From the NCBI GenBank assembly GCA_964016885.1, contig OZ024743.1, positions 282,782,001 through 282,846,000 of the forward strand: a DNA stretch of 64,000 bases, written 5' to 3'. The notes beneath the pieces were generated by a model, which made no database searches, was not told the DNA's origin, and saw only the letters and a list, made by a program, of their open reading frames with translations. Below, piece by piece: positions 51,679-64,000 of this stretch. The DNA is from Eledone cirrhosa. Lineage: Eukaryota. How positions within the stretch are numbered: position 1 is the stretch's first letter; the number at the start of each line of letters is the position of its first letter. The position numbers were made by a program, and so were the translations under genes.

Positions 51679-53019
51679 CTGCATCATTTTCTTTATCATT
51701 GTATATATGACTGCACGCACACATTTTCTTTGCTGTCTTACATGCCTGCATATGCACACACATTTCTTTGTCACACACCAGCATGTTGTTGTCTATAGTA
51801 TATGATCTTCAAGTGTCGTAATATTCTGCAAGATCCCTTTTCACCTAGTGGAGGTACCAAAACATGCTGTTGACACTTGCAGCTTAATTCACCTGCACCG
51901 CAACATGAGAATGCTAATTGTAGCTGGATTCAAACAATTCGCATCTCGTTGCACACTCATTGTCCATTAGCATAACAACCTCCATCTTGTTACTTTACCC
52001 GACTTACTGGGAAAACAACGAATGGAACTAGACCTGTCAACATTTCCACCATTTCTTCTATGGATTCGCCAGAATTATGGAATTTACACTTCAACTACTA
52101 CCCACCTACAGATTCAACTTGCTTTTTTTCTTTTCAAAGCAACCAGCCATTTTTTTCCTGGCTTCCTAGCACTTCCGGCAATACATCTGGGAGGCCGACA
52201 TTTTCTCACCTACCCATCATCTTCTTGCCAGCACTGGTAAACTACCATAACAGCTTCACCCACAGCTACTGGTACAGCACTTACCATTAACATTTAATGC
52301 AAGAACAGCAACTTCGCCATGTCAGACTTTATCCGTTTTCTGTTAGACCCTTGGTGGTCACGTATAAACTACAAAACAGCTAGTCATTTGACACAGCGGC
52401 TCAACACGGCCCTTAGTGCCTCATTTTTCTTGCATGCATTCTTCTGTTCAATTATTTTTTCGCTGATGTGCTCTTTCAGCATTTTTCCCTGCTGATTCAA
52501 TAATCTGTATCGTCTTATGACTAGGAAGCGGGTATTGTAGTGACCTACATTCCGCGGGCTCACATACATTCTCTGTGCGTGATTTGGCTCAGCTCAGCCA
52601 ATCAGCGCCAGTAGAAGAGAATGTATCCCTACGCGCCCTGAGGGAAAAATTCCCGCTTGAATTTGAGAAATCACTCTCTCGCATCCTGACCATGGGATAG
52701 TAAAGACCACTTGGTCTCTTGCTGCTTCAATGCCGAAGGACCGACACGTACAATATGTAACAGTGAGATTTGCACTTGGGCCTGGCACAATGGCACCTTC
52801 CTTTTGTAACCTTTTTACGTTTAACTTCTACCATGAAAATTAACAAACATTACTTTGTGCTACAACAAAAATAAACATACAATTTTATCTCACGAACATT
52901 CTTCTTGTTGACATTATTATCAAGTTACTCGTTTCTCGATGTGACTAACATATACTTCTACCAAACTGATTACTCGTGGTGCTACTAACTATAACACTTA
53001 TTAACTGCTAAACTGGCAT

Positions 53020-53865
53020 AATCAGGTTTGCTGATGACATTGACGGGCTAGCTGGAAATGAAAAAGAACTCACCAAAGTGGTGAACCACTTGGACATAAC
53101 TTCTGTTAGATATGGCATGGAGATCAGCATTGAGAAAAACCAAGTTGAGACAAACACCACCAAGTCAATAGAGAGAAGGATCACAGTCAGTAGTCAAGAG
53201 CTGAAGACTGTGACACAGTTCAAGTACCTTGACACCATCATCAGTCAAGAGGGATCAAAGCCAGAGGTCCTTGCTAGGAAGCTGAAGACTGACACAGTTC
53301 AAGTACCTTGGCACCATCATCAGTCAAGAGGGATCAAAGCCAGAGGTCCTTGCAAGGAATGCTGTAACAGCCACATAACTTGCCTAACTGAAACCTCTTT
53401 GGAGAAACAAAAATACCACTCTCAGATGCAAACTAAAACTCGTGTGTGCGTTGGTCCTAACCATCTTTCTATACACATGTGAGTCATGGACCTTGACCCC
53501 CTGAACTGCAAAGAAAGATCTAAACAGGGAGATGAGATGCTACAGATGAATCCTGGGAATCTCCTACACAAAACACATTATGAATGAGGAGGTCTGCAAA
53601 AAAATCCCCCAGTACATGAGCCACTTTGAAAATCTACTGACCATGGTAAAGAGGAGGAAGCTGAGGTGGTATGAGCATGTAACAAGATCAGACGAACTCT
53701 AAAACAATTCTCCAAGGAACAGAGCAGAGAAAGAGAAGGTGGGACAGATAGAGGAAGCAGTGGATAGACAACAGAGCTGAGTGGACAGGAAAGAACTTTG
53801 TTACAACCCAAGCACATGCCCATAACCGCCAGAAAAGGGTTATGGGGTTGTGATGATAATGATGA
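53020..53865 (+). mobile_element. Degenerate RTE/BovB-like LINE, 3' part (continuation of 44860-46925)
   Basis: Resumes at RFADDIDGLAG, then FKYL, ESWTL, KRRKLRWY and a gat-rich tail. Internal ~81-bp duplication at 53199-53353. Confidence 0.8.
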
Positions 53866-54279
53866 TTTTGTGCAGTTTTGTTAACCCTTTCAGAACCATA
53901 TTTCTAATGAAATACATTCTATTTCAATTAATTAATGAAGAATATTGAGGGATTTACTAAAATTATTCATTATTTCATTACTAAGATAGTAAGTTAATGT
54001 AAGGCTCTTATATAAAATCATGTTGAAAGTTGGAAGATTTTCATTTAAATAGGAAACCTTTAAAATGGGTGGTTCTATATATATTCAAAACCAATGACTT
54101 AGTGGGTTTGCTAACTTATAGACATAGTGTCATCAGAAGATGACAAAATGTTAATAGCCACCAATACCCACCACTGAAGATCAGCGAGGATGACACAAAG
54201 GTCATTGTGTTCTGATGGATATACTGACCTCCCTCTACAAAACTTGTTAGGAACTCCTATATTTCCCTCCTACAAGAAT

Positions 54280-54346
54280 CTTCTTCTTCTTCTCCTCCTC
54301 CTCCTCCTCCTCCTCCTCCTCCCCCTCCCCCTCCCTCTCCTTCTTC

Positions 54347-54376
<30 letters not shown>
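54280..54376. repeat. Compound (CTT)n/(CCT)n/(CTTT)n pyrimidine microsatellite
   Basis: Directly visible. Confidence 0.95.
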
Positions 54377-54378
<2 letters not shown>

Positions 54379-54499
54379 CCCACTTATTCCTGAAAAGGTA
54401 ATGGAAGTTAAGTTCCAGAGGGTCATATTGGAAGCAATTGCCATAAAATTATCTGACTGGATATCCAAGTGAAATCAACTGACGTTATGGATATTATCC

Positions 54500-55790
54500 A
54501 TCCATCTTGCTTGTAGTCTATCTCTGAGTCTACTGGTTGACTTTTCATTGTAAAATATGTCCTGCAATTCTTTCCTTAGATGTTCTAACCACATGCCTGT
54601 AGTGCCAGAACTGTGTGCTCTTGATGTGAAGAAATAGCAACTCTACTTAGAGTGACTCCCTGATCTCCAAGCTACACACCCTATCAAGTACCATTACTAC
54701 TAAGACACTTTGGAGGAATCCCATTTGGTTTCTTGTATTTGAGATTGTATTTTTCAGTCATTACCCAAGACATATAACAATAGGTAAGGGTAAACATGAG
54801 TACCAAACTGAAGATAGAAAGTTTGGCTTTTACATCCACCTCCCTTCTTGGGATAACCATGTACTGAAGCTGGTAAATTCTTGCATCTAATTCATCTTCT
54901 TGCTTTCAATCATTTGTGAAAACTACTCCAAAATACTTGAACTTCATTTGCTTCAGTATAACTGCACTCACATATAAAGTGCACTGTGCAGGCTCTCTTG
55001 AGAGGACAAAATGCAGCACTGATTTTTCATTCATGCTTTGCATCACTTGGCAGTAAATCTATCCAGTGCATGCTCCAATAAGTTATATAGCTCCAAATAT
55101 CAGATGACTGATCCTACACCCACTGATTTTGATACTACTTCCACCCAGGCTGCATATGTCAATCATGAAGATTATAAACAGGAGAGGTGGCAACATGCAC
55201 CCACATTCAAAGGTTTTGACTTAGCACCATTTAATTGAATTCAAATACTATAATTTATAAAGGAACTTCAAGGAAGTCCCTTCATAAACGTCCATCAATC
55301 CCATATTCCTTTTTGAGTTCCACAATACAAGTTCTTAGGAATATTCCCATGATTTCTTGAAGACCTACCACAGAGTAAATATGTTGTCAGTTGTCCTACA
55401 TTTGGAACAAAAATCTCTGTGTTCATCAGCTAGCTTGGATTTGACAATAACCCTACATCTCTTTGCATAGACTTTATCAGGGAAACTTCACAAGGAGATC
55501 CCTCTATAATTAGAACAATCTCTCTTGTTTCTCTTTTCAAAAATTTGAATTATCACTCCTGATTGCCTTTGCTTTGGTGCCTTTCCATAGATCTAGGCTA
55601 CTTAGCACACACAAGTCAGCCAGAGAATACTTCTCTGTTTAAGGTTTTTAACATTCTTGGGCTAAATTTCATCCTCCCCCAAAGGCTTTGCCACATTTGA
55701 GCACTATACTTGCTACTGATGACCTCAGCCTCCGAGAGGTTAGTCTTCATTCAAAATTTACCTTGTATACCTCAAAAGCTTTTATTGTGA
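54500..55790 (-). mobile_element. Decayed RTE LINE fragment
   Basis: Minus-strand remnants NYRGISL, FKYFGVVF and YADVEVV-like catalytic region. Homologous to 63175-64000. Confidence 0.65.
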
Positions 55791-55875
55791 CCAGTCACAA
55801 TAACACAATAAAATGATTAATAATCTTAATAAATCTCCCAAATATTTTCATCAATAGAGTACATTTAATTAGAAA

Positions 55876-57331
55876 TCTCTCTATATATAAAACAGAAGAT
55901 ATCTGTCTGTGTGTGTGTGTATGATTTTTATGCATTCTCACATTTCTCTATCGATTTTGATGATTTTTTTTCCAAAGTGCTCCAAATTTACCAACAATGG
56001 TCAACACGTAATAAACTTTGCCAAAAATTTCCTGCTTCTATGAAAAAAAATCGGTAAAACTAAATACATGGTGTAACGCTCTCTCTTACATGCTTAGTCC
56101 CTCTCTCTACTACCCAACAGCAACAAAACTTTGTTCAGGAACGCGACATAAACTTTGAAAACTAAGCAACACATCATTTTATACAACAACAAACATAGTC
56201 ATAACGCTCTCTCCATCACTCTTCCCTCTCTCTATAATAGATCATTCCCCCTCTCTATAATTTAACTGCTTTACTCTCTTCATGCTCTGAGGTTTAACAC
56301 CCCCTATAGTTTCTTAGCTTTACTCTCTCCATTGCTCTTCCCTCTCTCTATAATAGATTATTCCCTCTCTCTATAATTTAACTGCTTTACTCTCTCTGTC
56401 GCTCTTCACTCTCTATATGACAACACTGTTTTACACACCTCCGTATAGTTTCTTAGCTTTACTCTCTCCATCGCTCTTCCCTCTCTCTATAATAGATCAT
56501 TCCCCCTCTCTATAATTTAACTGCTGGGGGAATCATTGGAGTTCCATATTGACATGCGGCTTTTCTGGGGTATTTTAAATCGGCTTATTGCAAATAACAA
56601 CCCGCAAAATAACTCTTCATATAACAGATTAATGCTATAGACATATGAATCGGAATGTTTAAATTATTTATTTTTTACGACTTTCATTAGTTAAATATTA
56701 ATATGACAACACCCATAGTGTTGTACTTCTGGCAATTCTGCCGAATACACTGCCAAGGATGAACCTCAGCGTCAGATATCCCGTTCAATTTCCGGCGATC
56801 CCAATTCCCGGTGAGACCATGTTTTGCCATGTCCATTAACAAGTCACAAGGGCAAACATTGTCGGTGGCGGGCATCCATTTGGGGGAGCCATGCTTCTCC
56901 CATGGCCAACTTTATGTTGCCTATTGCTGCGTAGGGAGCAGGAATGGACTTTTTGCTTACACTCCTCAAGGGATGACACGCAATATTGTCTATAAAGAGG
57001 TGCTATAGATGTTGGTGCAGGTGTTGGAGGTGTTGGAACTATGCCGTCTGGAAAACTATTTCCTGGTAGGGTCACCCATGGCGGACAGATCTGACACCCA
57101 GCGGCATCAAGGCCACCATCTTGCAACTTTGGTCTGCTAAATTCGCTATTGGAAGATTATTAACCCATCATTGATTGTCCAAAATGCTAATTGGTTCATA
57201 ACTTTTAATAACCGGTTCAACTGCTTTATGCACTTAATTGATAAGTTTATTCACTTTCAAGCCACGTTTACCTGTATGTAACTTTTCATAGCAAATGAAC
57301 AAACCCGAGCAATGCCGGGCTAAACTGCTAG
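55876..57331 (+). mobile_element. Non-autonomous Helitron carrying a PIF1-helicase C-terminal fragment
   Basis: A|TC start at 55876, GC-rich hairpin CCCGAGCAATGCCGGG (57304-57319) then CTAG|T end. Peptide QFPVRPCFAMSINKSQGQTL...FSHGQLYVA...TRNIVYKEVL* at ~56800-57008. Confidence 0.88.
56205..56526. repeat. Three-copy CT-rich tandem repeat inside the Helitron
   Basis: ctcttccctctctctataatagatcattccccctctctataatttaactgc recurs at ~56219, ~56335 and ~56474. Confidence 0.8.
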
Positions 57332-57699
57332 TATAGTCATAAAAGAGTTAAACTTCAGAATTCCAGTAAAATATTGGTTGTAGATAGTTTCATTGAATGA
57401 TACCAGTTTATGATTTATATTCTGAGGAACTTTTGAGTTTGCATTTCTTAAAACAGAGAAGAAGAATAATGGTAGGAATGAAGGTATGGCATATATTTAT
57501 TTATTTCCTAGATATGAAAGATTTTCATTGTCATACCTTAGATATGATCTAGTATTTTCCATATTGGTGTCATTTTTCTCTATAAATTGCTAATATATAA
57601 AATAGAAGGTTATGATAAAATAGTGTTGGAAATGATATATCCTTGGGAATTTTAAATTTCTTCTAGGAACTGAAATCATTAGCTACTGTTATCATTGAT

Positions 57700-59280
57700 T
57701 GAGTTTGCTCTAGTAGATGTATGACACTGGGGCATCTTAATAAAAATAATTTTGAAACAGCCTACAGGTCTTACACACTGGAGCAGCTTAATGAGAAATT
57801 ATAAAGAAGTATTTTAGAAATACTAAAGTTGGTTAAGATTAGGTTTCATGGATTTGGAAAATGGAAAAAGATTGATTTGCAGAAGTTCATCAGTTATGGG
57901 ATAATGTTGCAAACAAATTCTCACCAACATAAAGTGAAAAATAATATTTTAATGTTTGGAGGTAGTAAAAGAGAACACTTAATTATGAATTGATCATCCT
58001 TAAACGAGAATTAAAAGCTGTTAATGAGAAACTCCGGCATTAGAGGAGAGTAGTTGAAAGAAAAGTAATTAATGAGAAATTTAGTAGAAACCAATCAGTA
58101 ATTTACATATATATAAGCAAACAATCAATAAATGTCATAGATTTTCATCTCAGGAAGATATAAATTCATTGTGGAGAAAAATCTGGAGTGGAAAAGAAGA
58201 GTCTAATTAGGATGCAATCACTAACCCCCCCCCCCCCCTCAACATCCTCATCATTTAATGTCACCAGTAGTAGGAAAGTTGTCATGTTTTTGACACAGCT
58301 GAAGAATCCTCCCAATTCTTTGTTTTATAATCAACTATTTTACAGAGTGTACTTGGTGTTTTTATTGTATGGATTCCCAACACTAGGGAGGTTGTCATGA
58401 CTATGGCACTAAAAGAAATCTGTAAAGAAGTATTAACCCTGCCAACATTTAAAAAAAGCATACAATACCAGTAGTGCTCCCCTTGAAACTGATAGAAAAT
58501 CTTCAGTATGGGAAAGCACCAGGAAAAGATTTGATTATTGAATAATGGTACAAAAAAAAAAATCCACCTTCTAATAAGGGAAGCTTCTTGACCTTTCCGG
58601 TAGGCTCCCAGTGGAGATATAAATATACCAAACACATCTTATATCAAACAACAAAGCCACTCCTATGACAAAAAACTACCAGCCTATTGCATCGCAGAAT
58701 TTTATGTTGTATATCACGTATACAGCCTGTCTAAACCTATTCCTACAGGATGACTGTGTTAATAATATCTTCATTGCTCAACAAGTAGCTGGGAAGAAAG
58801 GGGTTTGGTGATATGCTGAGAAACTTCTAATTAATGAAACTGGGATATCAGTAGAGCAATGAAATAGGAGGAATCTGGCTGAATTACAAGAAAGCATTTG
58901 ATTTTGTTCTCCTTTTGGGATGCTAGAGGTTATTTGACTGGCTAAAGTTCCAGATACCATAATCCTGAAATAAAATAAAGGGAAATATTATTGTCACCAA
59001 CTGGATATAGAATCACAGGAACATGTTTCAAGGAGACAGTCTGTGTTAAGCTATATATGCTTTCAGTGAATCCCTTAGTTTTGTTGAGGAATTCTGAAGG
59101 GTAAACAATTGACTCATAGGAAAGCAGAAGATGCAAGCTAACATGTCTTCTTTGAGGATGATCTGAAAGTATATACCATGAATATGAATGATGATATGAC
59201 AAAGAACTTTAATCTGGTTCTGATATTCTCAAACAAATGGAATTTGGCCAGGAGAAATATTCCTGTCTGAGTGTAAATCA
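57700..59280 (+). mobile_element. Highly decayed non-LTR retrotransposon, R4/Dong-like RT
   Basis: Remnant motifs GKAPGKD (58510), NYQPIA (58674), FQGDSL (59026), HVFFEDDLKVY (59142), MEFG (59237). Confidence 0.55.
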
Positions 59281-59359
59281 TGAAAAAAACTACAAACCAG
59301 CCTACCAACATGTCTGGCTTGTAGTTTTTTCAAGTTATAGAGTTTCATAATATAAAGTT

Positions 59360-59740
59360 TATGTCTACTCTTTTTCTACATATCGAGTAAAGCCACTTGC
59401 TTGATGAGATTGGTGCCCTATCTTCTTCCTTTGCTAAATTTATTCTAAGCCCCTTTGATTCTAAGTTCTGTTTCTACAGCCGGAATTTATTCTCTAGCTC
59501 TTTCACAGATTCTGCTATGAGCACCAGATCATCGGCATACAGAAGTTCCCATGGGCAATCAGTCTTAAACTCCTGTTAAGACCTGGAGGACTAGGGTAAA
59601 TAGGAGTGGGCTAAAAAGTGAACCCTGATGCACACCTACTTGTACCTTGAAATCTTACTTTACTTACAGTTCCTCTGTACATGTCTTGAATGGTTCTTAC
59701 AAGCCACTTTTCTACACCTAGTTTCCTTAAGGACTACCTT
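59360..59740 (-). mobile_element. RTE (PHD family) RT fragment
   Basis: Minus strand VGVHQGSLFSPLLF...EFKTDCPWELLYADDLVL, homologous to 9170-9560. Confidence 0.75.
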
Positions 59741-60014
59741 ACTATATATATAGTATTCTGATGATTTGATCAGAGACGCACACTGTATTTAAGGTCGAGT
59801 GACGCAACTTCAAGTGATTAGCGGCCTTTAGACTCACCTGATCAATGAAACAATTGTTAATACTGTAATTAAAACCCTCTTTGCAAACTCGCTACCTAAC
59901 TAAGGAAACCTCTTGTTGAGTCAATCAACGCCGTACGTTAAAACTATCCATAGTACAGAGTACTTCCAACCTCTAACTGGATTACCTAAAACGATAACTT
60001 GTTATCCTATATAT

Positions 60015-62400
60015 CAGGGGTCACCAAACTTTTTTCACAGTGGGCCGGATAACTGAAAGAATGATGAGCGCGGGCTGCATAATCATTCTGTTCAATACTT
60101 GCAAGCCAGAACGAAAGCTCTGGGAAAAAAGACGAAACACTACGTTTAGCATTCCATGTTAATCATGGGTGAGTGGCGTGCAATGCACAAAAAACAAAGA
60201 CAACCAACATATTTATTTACTAAAAAGTTATCAAAGAAGGCAACGTTAGCAAAAATATAGTTACATCAGACCTAGTGTGCACATATCTGAATCTTATAAA
60301 CTAAGCAGCAAAAAAGATTAGTGAGATTTGTAAACTGACATTTGGCTTTCAAGATATCATCAATGTTTGGTTTGAAATTGCTGCATCCACTCAAGAGAAT
60401 TGCTTTCAAATGTTCATCAGTCAATCTCATTCGATGTGTTGACTTCACATACTTACTTTTGGAAATGTTTGCTCACAGACATAAGTTGTTCCAAATAATG
60501 ATGCCATACCAGCGGTAAATTTCTTCAATTTCGGAAACTCAACATCAGGTAAGAAGCGGTAAAATTCAACAAGTTTTCCTTCTCTGTGCTTCTCTTTCAA
60601 CAAGTCATTTGCTTGCAAATCAATGAGCTCCAACTGTAGTTCAACTGGCACATCATCAAGGTTACAATCAAACGGGTTCTGGAACCGAAGAATGTCACTC
60701 TCAATTCTGTCGAGATCTGAAAATCTCTCCAAAAATGCTTCTTCAAGTCATGAATAATCTTTTTAGGAAAATCGAGGTTAACATCTTCAGCAATTGTAGC
60801 TCAAAACTCTTTGAAACAGTGAAAATAAGAGAAGTTTTCTCCTTCCAGTTGTGCTTCAAACAATGACAGCTTTCTCCGAAATCCTTTGATGATTCTGTAG
60901 AGATCACAGACGAGGTTATCCTTTCCATGAAGTTTCAAGTTCAGTTCATTCATGTGGGATGTGATGTCGACCAAAAATGAGAAAAACATTTATTTCATTT
61001 CTGAGCTTGTAAAAACGAAACAGGACTTTACCGCAGCTGAGCCACCTCACTGCTGTGTGATAAGGCAAGTCACAGAAATCAGAATCAATTTCTTCAAGAA
61101 AAGCCTGGAACTGACGGTGATTGAGTGCATGTCCCCGAATGAAGTTCACAGCAGAAACGACTGGTTTCAGTACACAAGAAATATCCAAGTTTTTCCCACA
61201 GAGTGCTTGCTGATATATGATGCAGTGTATGAACAGAGCACCCGGAATTTGCAAATCTTCCAACTGAGTCCTGATCTGCCCGACCTGACCCTTCCTCACT
61301 CCAGCCATGTTTTTTCCTCCATCAACTGTAACACCTCAAAGCTGATTCCACTGAAGGTAGGATCTGAGGCTGTGGATCAGCTCTATCTTTTTCAGTAAGA
61401 AAAACATCTATTTCGTTTCGGAGCTTGTAAAAACGAAACAGGACTTTACCGCAGCTGAGCCACCTCACTGCTGTGTGATAAGGCAAGCCACAGAAATCAG
61501 AATCAATTTCTTCAAGAAAAGCCTGGAACTGATGGCGATTGAGTGCATGTCCCCGAATGAAGTTCACAGCAAAGTTTTCTGCACTTCCACGAAAATGTCT
61601 TTTCCAGTTGTTGTTCCATGCATGCAGCAAATGGATGCCAACTCTTCTGTTATCTGAAAGTCCAAATTGACACCATGAATGAACACGAGAAGTGGTGACG
61701 TACTCGAGAGATCAGTAGACTCATCCAGCGCCAGAGAATACCACAACAAGTTCCTAGCTTTCTCGCGTATCTGTAGCACTATGTTCTCTCCAAGTTCTTC
61801 TGTTCTCCACACAACTGAACTTGCCGAAAGGCTGATACTTCCAAACAAATCAGCTTTCTCAGGACACAAGTCATTTGCTGCTTCCATCATACATTCTTTG
61901 ATGAAGTTGCCATCAGTAAACGGTTTTCCTCGCTCTGCCAACTTATGCACTATTTTGTAACTTGTACGAGTGATAGATTCATTTTCAGCAAACTTTCTTG
62001 TGAAGAGATTTCTTTGGGTTTCTAAACCACGTTTCATGGACTCATATTTCTCAGAGCGTAACTTTCCAGAAAACTTTGAATATGTTGATAGATGTTTTGT
62101 TTCATAGTGACGCCGAAGATTGTACTCTTTCAAAATAGCAACACTTTCGCTGCATGCCACGCAACTAGCTTTCTGGTCCTTTGTTTCCACAAAGAAGTAC
62201 TTTACTCCCCATTCTTCATTGAAAACGCGACACTCGGCGTACACTTTTCTTTTCTTAGTAGCCATAATAAAAGGTGAAGTAAACGGGATCTGAAAATGAA
62301 AAAGACATTGAATTAGAAACATCTCGTGTTCCATCCGTTTTATCACGCAAATGCAAGTACCGTCGGTGGGCCTGATGAACTGACGTCGCGGGCCTGATCA
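60015..62400 (-). mobile_element. hAT DNA transposon (SPIN/Charlie, GTF2IRD2-like transposase), disrupted
   Basis: CAGGGGTCACCAAACT terminus at 60015. Transposase fragments C..C...KEYNLRRHYETKH, SLALDESTD, HCIIYQQALC, VRWLSCGKVL, FGTTYVCEQTF in shifted frames. Other terminus not securely found. Confidence 0.9.
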
Positions 62401-62909
62401 TTGCAATATTCCATTTTTTTAATCAACTATTAATATATAACTTCTTGAAACCCTCTCTCTGTTTCTCTCACTCTCTCAGTTACTTACAATATAATATCTG
62501 GCTACCTATGGTGTGCGTATTACTATATCTTACTAAACAAATTTAAACTTCAATTTTAATTAAAATCTTTGCAGATCTCTTTAAAGAGCTGTGGAGTGAA
62601 GACATCAGTTAAGCAAAACCTTATCATCATCATCAATATATATTTTATTGTTGTGCATTAATCTGGTGACCTATGCCGTAGCCCACCCTCCCACTCCCTT
62701 TCCGTCACTTTCCCTCTCACCCCCTTTTTTCCATAATCTGACTTCTTCCTACCACCTCCCGACTACTTTTTGCCACTTTCCATCACCTTCCAGTATGGCA
62801 TTCTGCCATAGAAGCTATTAACCACTTCTATGGATCCTTCAGGTGATTGCAAAAGATTTATGTTATTGATGCTCATCTCGTTGATTATACCTGTGCATCG
62901 TGTACATCA

Positions 62910-63160
62910 TATAGAGTTTATGCTTACTCCTTTTCTACATATTGAGTAGGGCTACTCCTCTGGGTGAATCAGGGTCCTATCTTCTTTCCTACTTATTTGC
63001 ACTTTAGTTTTGGTCAAGTTTACTCTCAGCCTTTTTGATTCCAAATTCTGTTTCCAAAGTCAGAATTTATTCTCTAGTTCTTTTATGGATTCAACTAAAA
63101 GAACTAGATCATCTGCATAGAGAAGTTCCAATGGACAGCTAGTCTTAAACTCCCCTGTTG
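62910..63160 (-). mobile_element. RTE (PHD family) RT fragment
   Basis: Minus strand EFKTSCPLELLYADDLVL...ELENKF. Confidence 0.7.
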
Positions 63161-63174
63161 CAGGGTGAAAACCA

Positions 63175-64000
63175 CACCTTTCATCAGCTAGCTTGTATTT
63201 GATGATATCTCTATATTTCTTTGCTAGACACTTAGCGTAGACTTTACCAGGGAGACTTCACAAGATCCTTCTATAACTAGAGCAAATTTTCTTGTCTCTC
63301 TTTTTGAAAATTGGGATTATCACTCCTGATTACCATTGCCTTTTCAGAGATCCAGGTCACCTTGCACACATGAGTCAGCCAGAGAATACCTTCTCTATTT
63401 AACCCTTTAGCATTTACATTACTCTATATTTACTAATATATTTTCAAGGTAAAGGCTTTACATCTTATAATTATCTCACATAATATTGAATCTATGAGAT
63501 TTTAATATTATTTATTTTGAGAATAATACCTTAACATCAGTATGAGAGGCCAGTTACAGCCAGTTTGAGCAGAAAGAGGTGAGACAATTCTGGCCAGATA
63601 TGGCCAGTTTAAATGCTAAAGAGTTAAGGCTTTTAACATCTTGGGCTGAATTTTATCTTCCCCAGAAACCTTGCCACATTTGTGCTCTTTATTTGCTCAG
63701 ATGACTTCAGCCTCTAAGAGGTTAGTCTTTGCTCCCAGATGCACCTTATGTACATCAGAAGATGCTGTTGTTATCGGGTTTAGGAGATCAGTAAAGTATT
63801 CTTTCCAGCTCACGAGGAATGCTAGACGTGTTCTTGATAGCAAATGTGGAGGAGGGCGTCTTATTATGAATCAACAGATGGTCCGCCAGAACACTTTATT
63901 TATTTATCTGAAGTCGGATTCCAGCTTAACGCCAAAGTCCTCCCATGTCTTAACTTTGGATGCTTTTACTGTCTCTGCTGTGATTCTTCATGCCTGCTTG
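63175..64000 (-). mobile_element. Decayed RTE LINE fragment interrupted by a TTAA MITE
   Basis: Aligns with 55420-55790 (gagtcagccagagaatac, tcagcct...gaggttagtctt). Confidence 0.6.
63399..63627. mobile_element. TTAA-flanked MITE (piggyBac-like ends)
   Basis: TTAA-CCCTTTAGCATTTA...TAAATGCTAAAGAG-TTAA. Related copies at ~12430-12660, ~24265-24439, ~25309-25490 and ~38573-38935. Confidence 0.85.

Noticed and set aside
54190-54468. Poly-Leu and poly-Glu/Lys ORFs
   Set aside because: Translation of a pyrimidine microsatellite
62663-62675. Second hAT terminal inverted repeat (ctggtgacctatg)
   Set aside because: Three mismatches to the 60015 terminus and no matching 8-bp TSD, so not used as the boundary

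Overview
AT-rich, repeat-dense animal genomic DNA. The RTE LINEs with (TGA)n tails, the SINE families and the microsatellites look like an Octopus-type cephalopod genome (inference). There are two complete spliced ribosomal-protein genes in tail-to-tail orientation: RPL23/uL14 (+, 5 exons, 22055-25662, 140 aa) and RPL14/eL14 (-, 5 exons, 43553-29781, 153 aa). A probable third gene starts head-to-head with RPL23 and runs off the left edge. The most striking feature is inside RPL14. Intron 3 (9.4 kb) carries eight intact U49/SNORD49-like box C/D snoRNA copies plus an internally deleted remnant, partly amplified by a 2,471-bp tandem duplication. Intron 2 carries three related C/D units with a different guide sequence. 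RPL23 intron 1 has a 48-bp inverted repeat that covers an unused GTAAGT donor just upstream of a rare GAG acceptor. The rest is transposon-derived: RTE LINEs (one family has a PHD finger inside the RT), an R4/Dong-like relic, a non-autonomous Helitron, a hAT element, TTAA MITEs, SINEs, and mini/microsatellites. Everything was read by eye, with no database searches.
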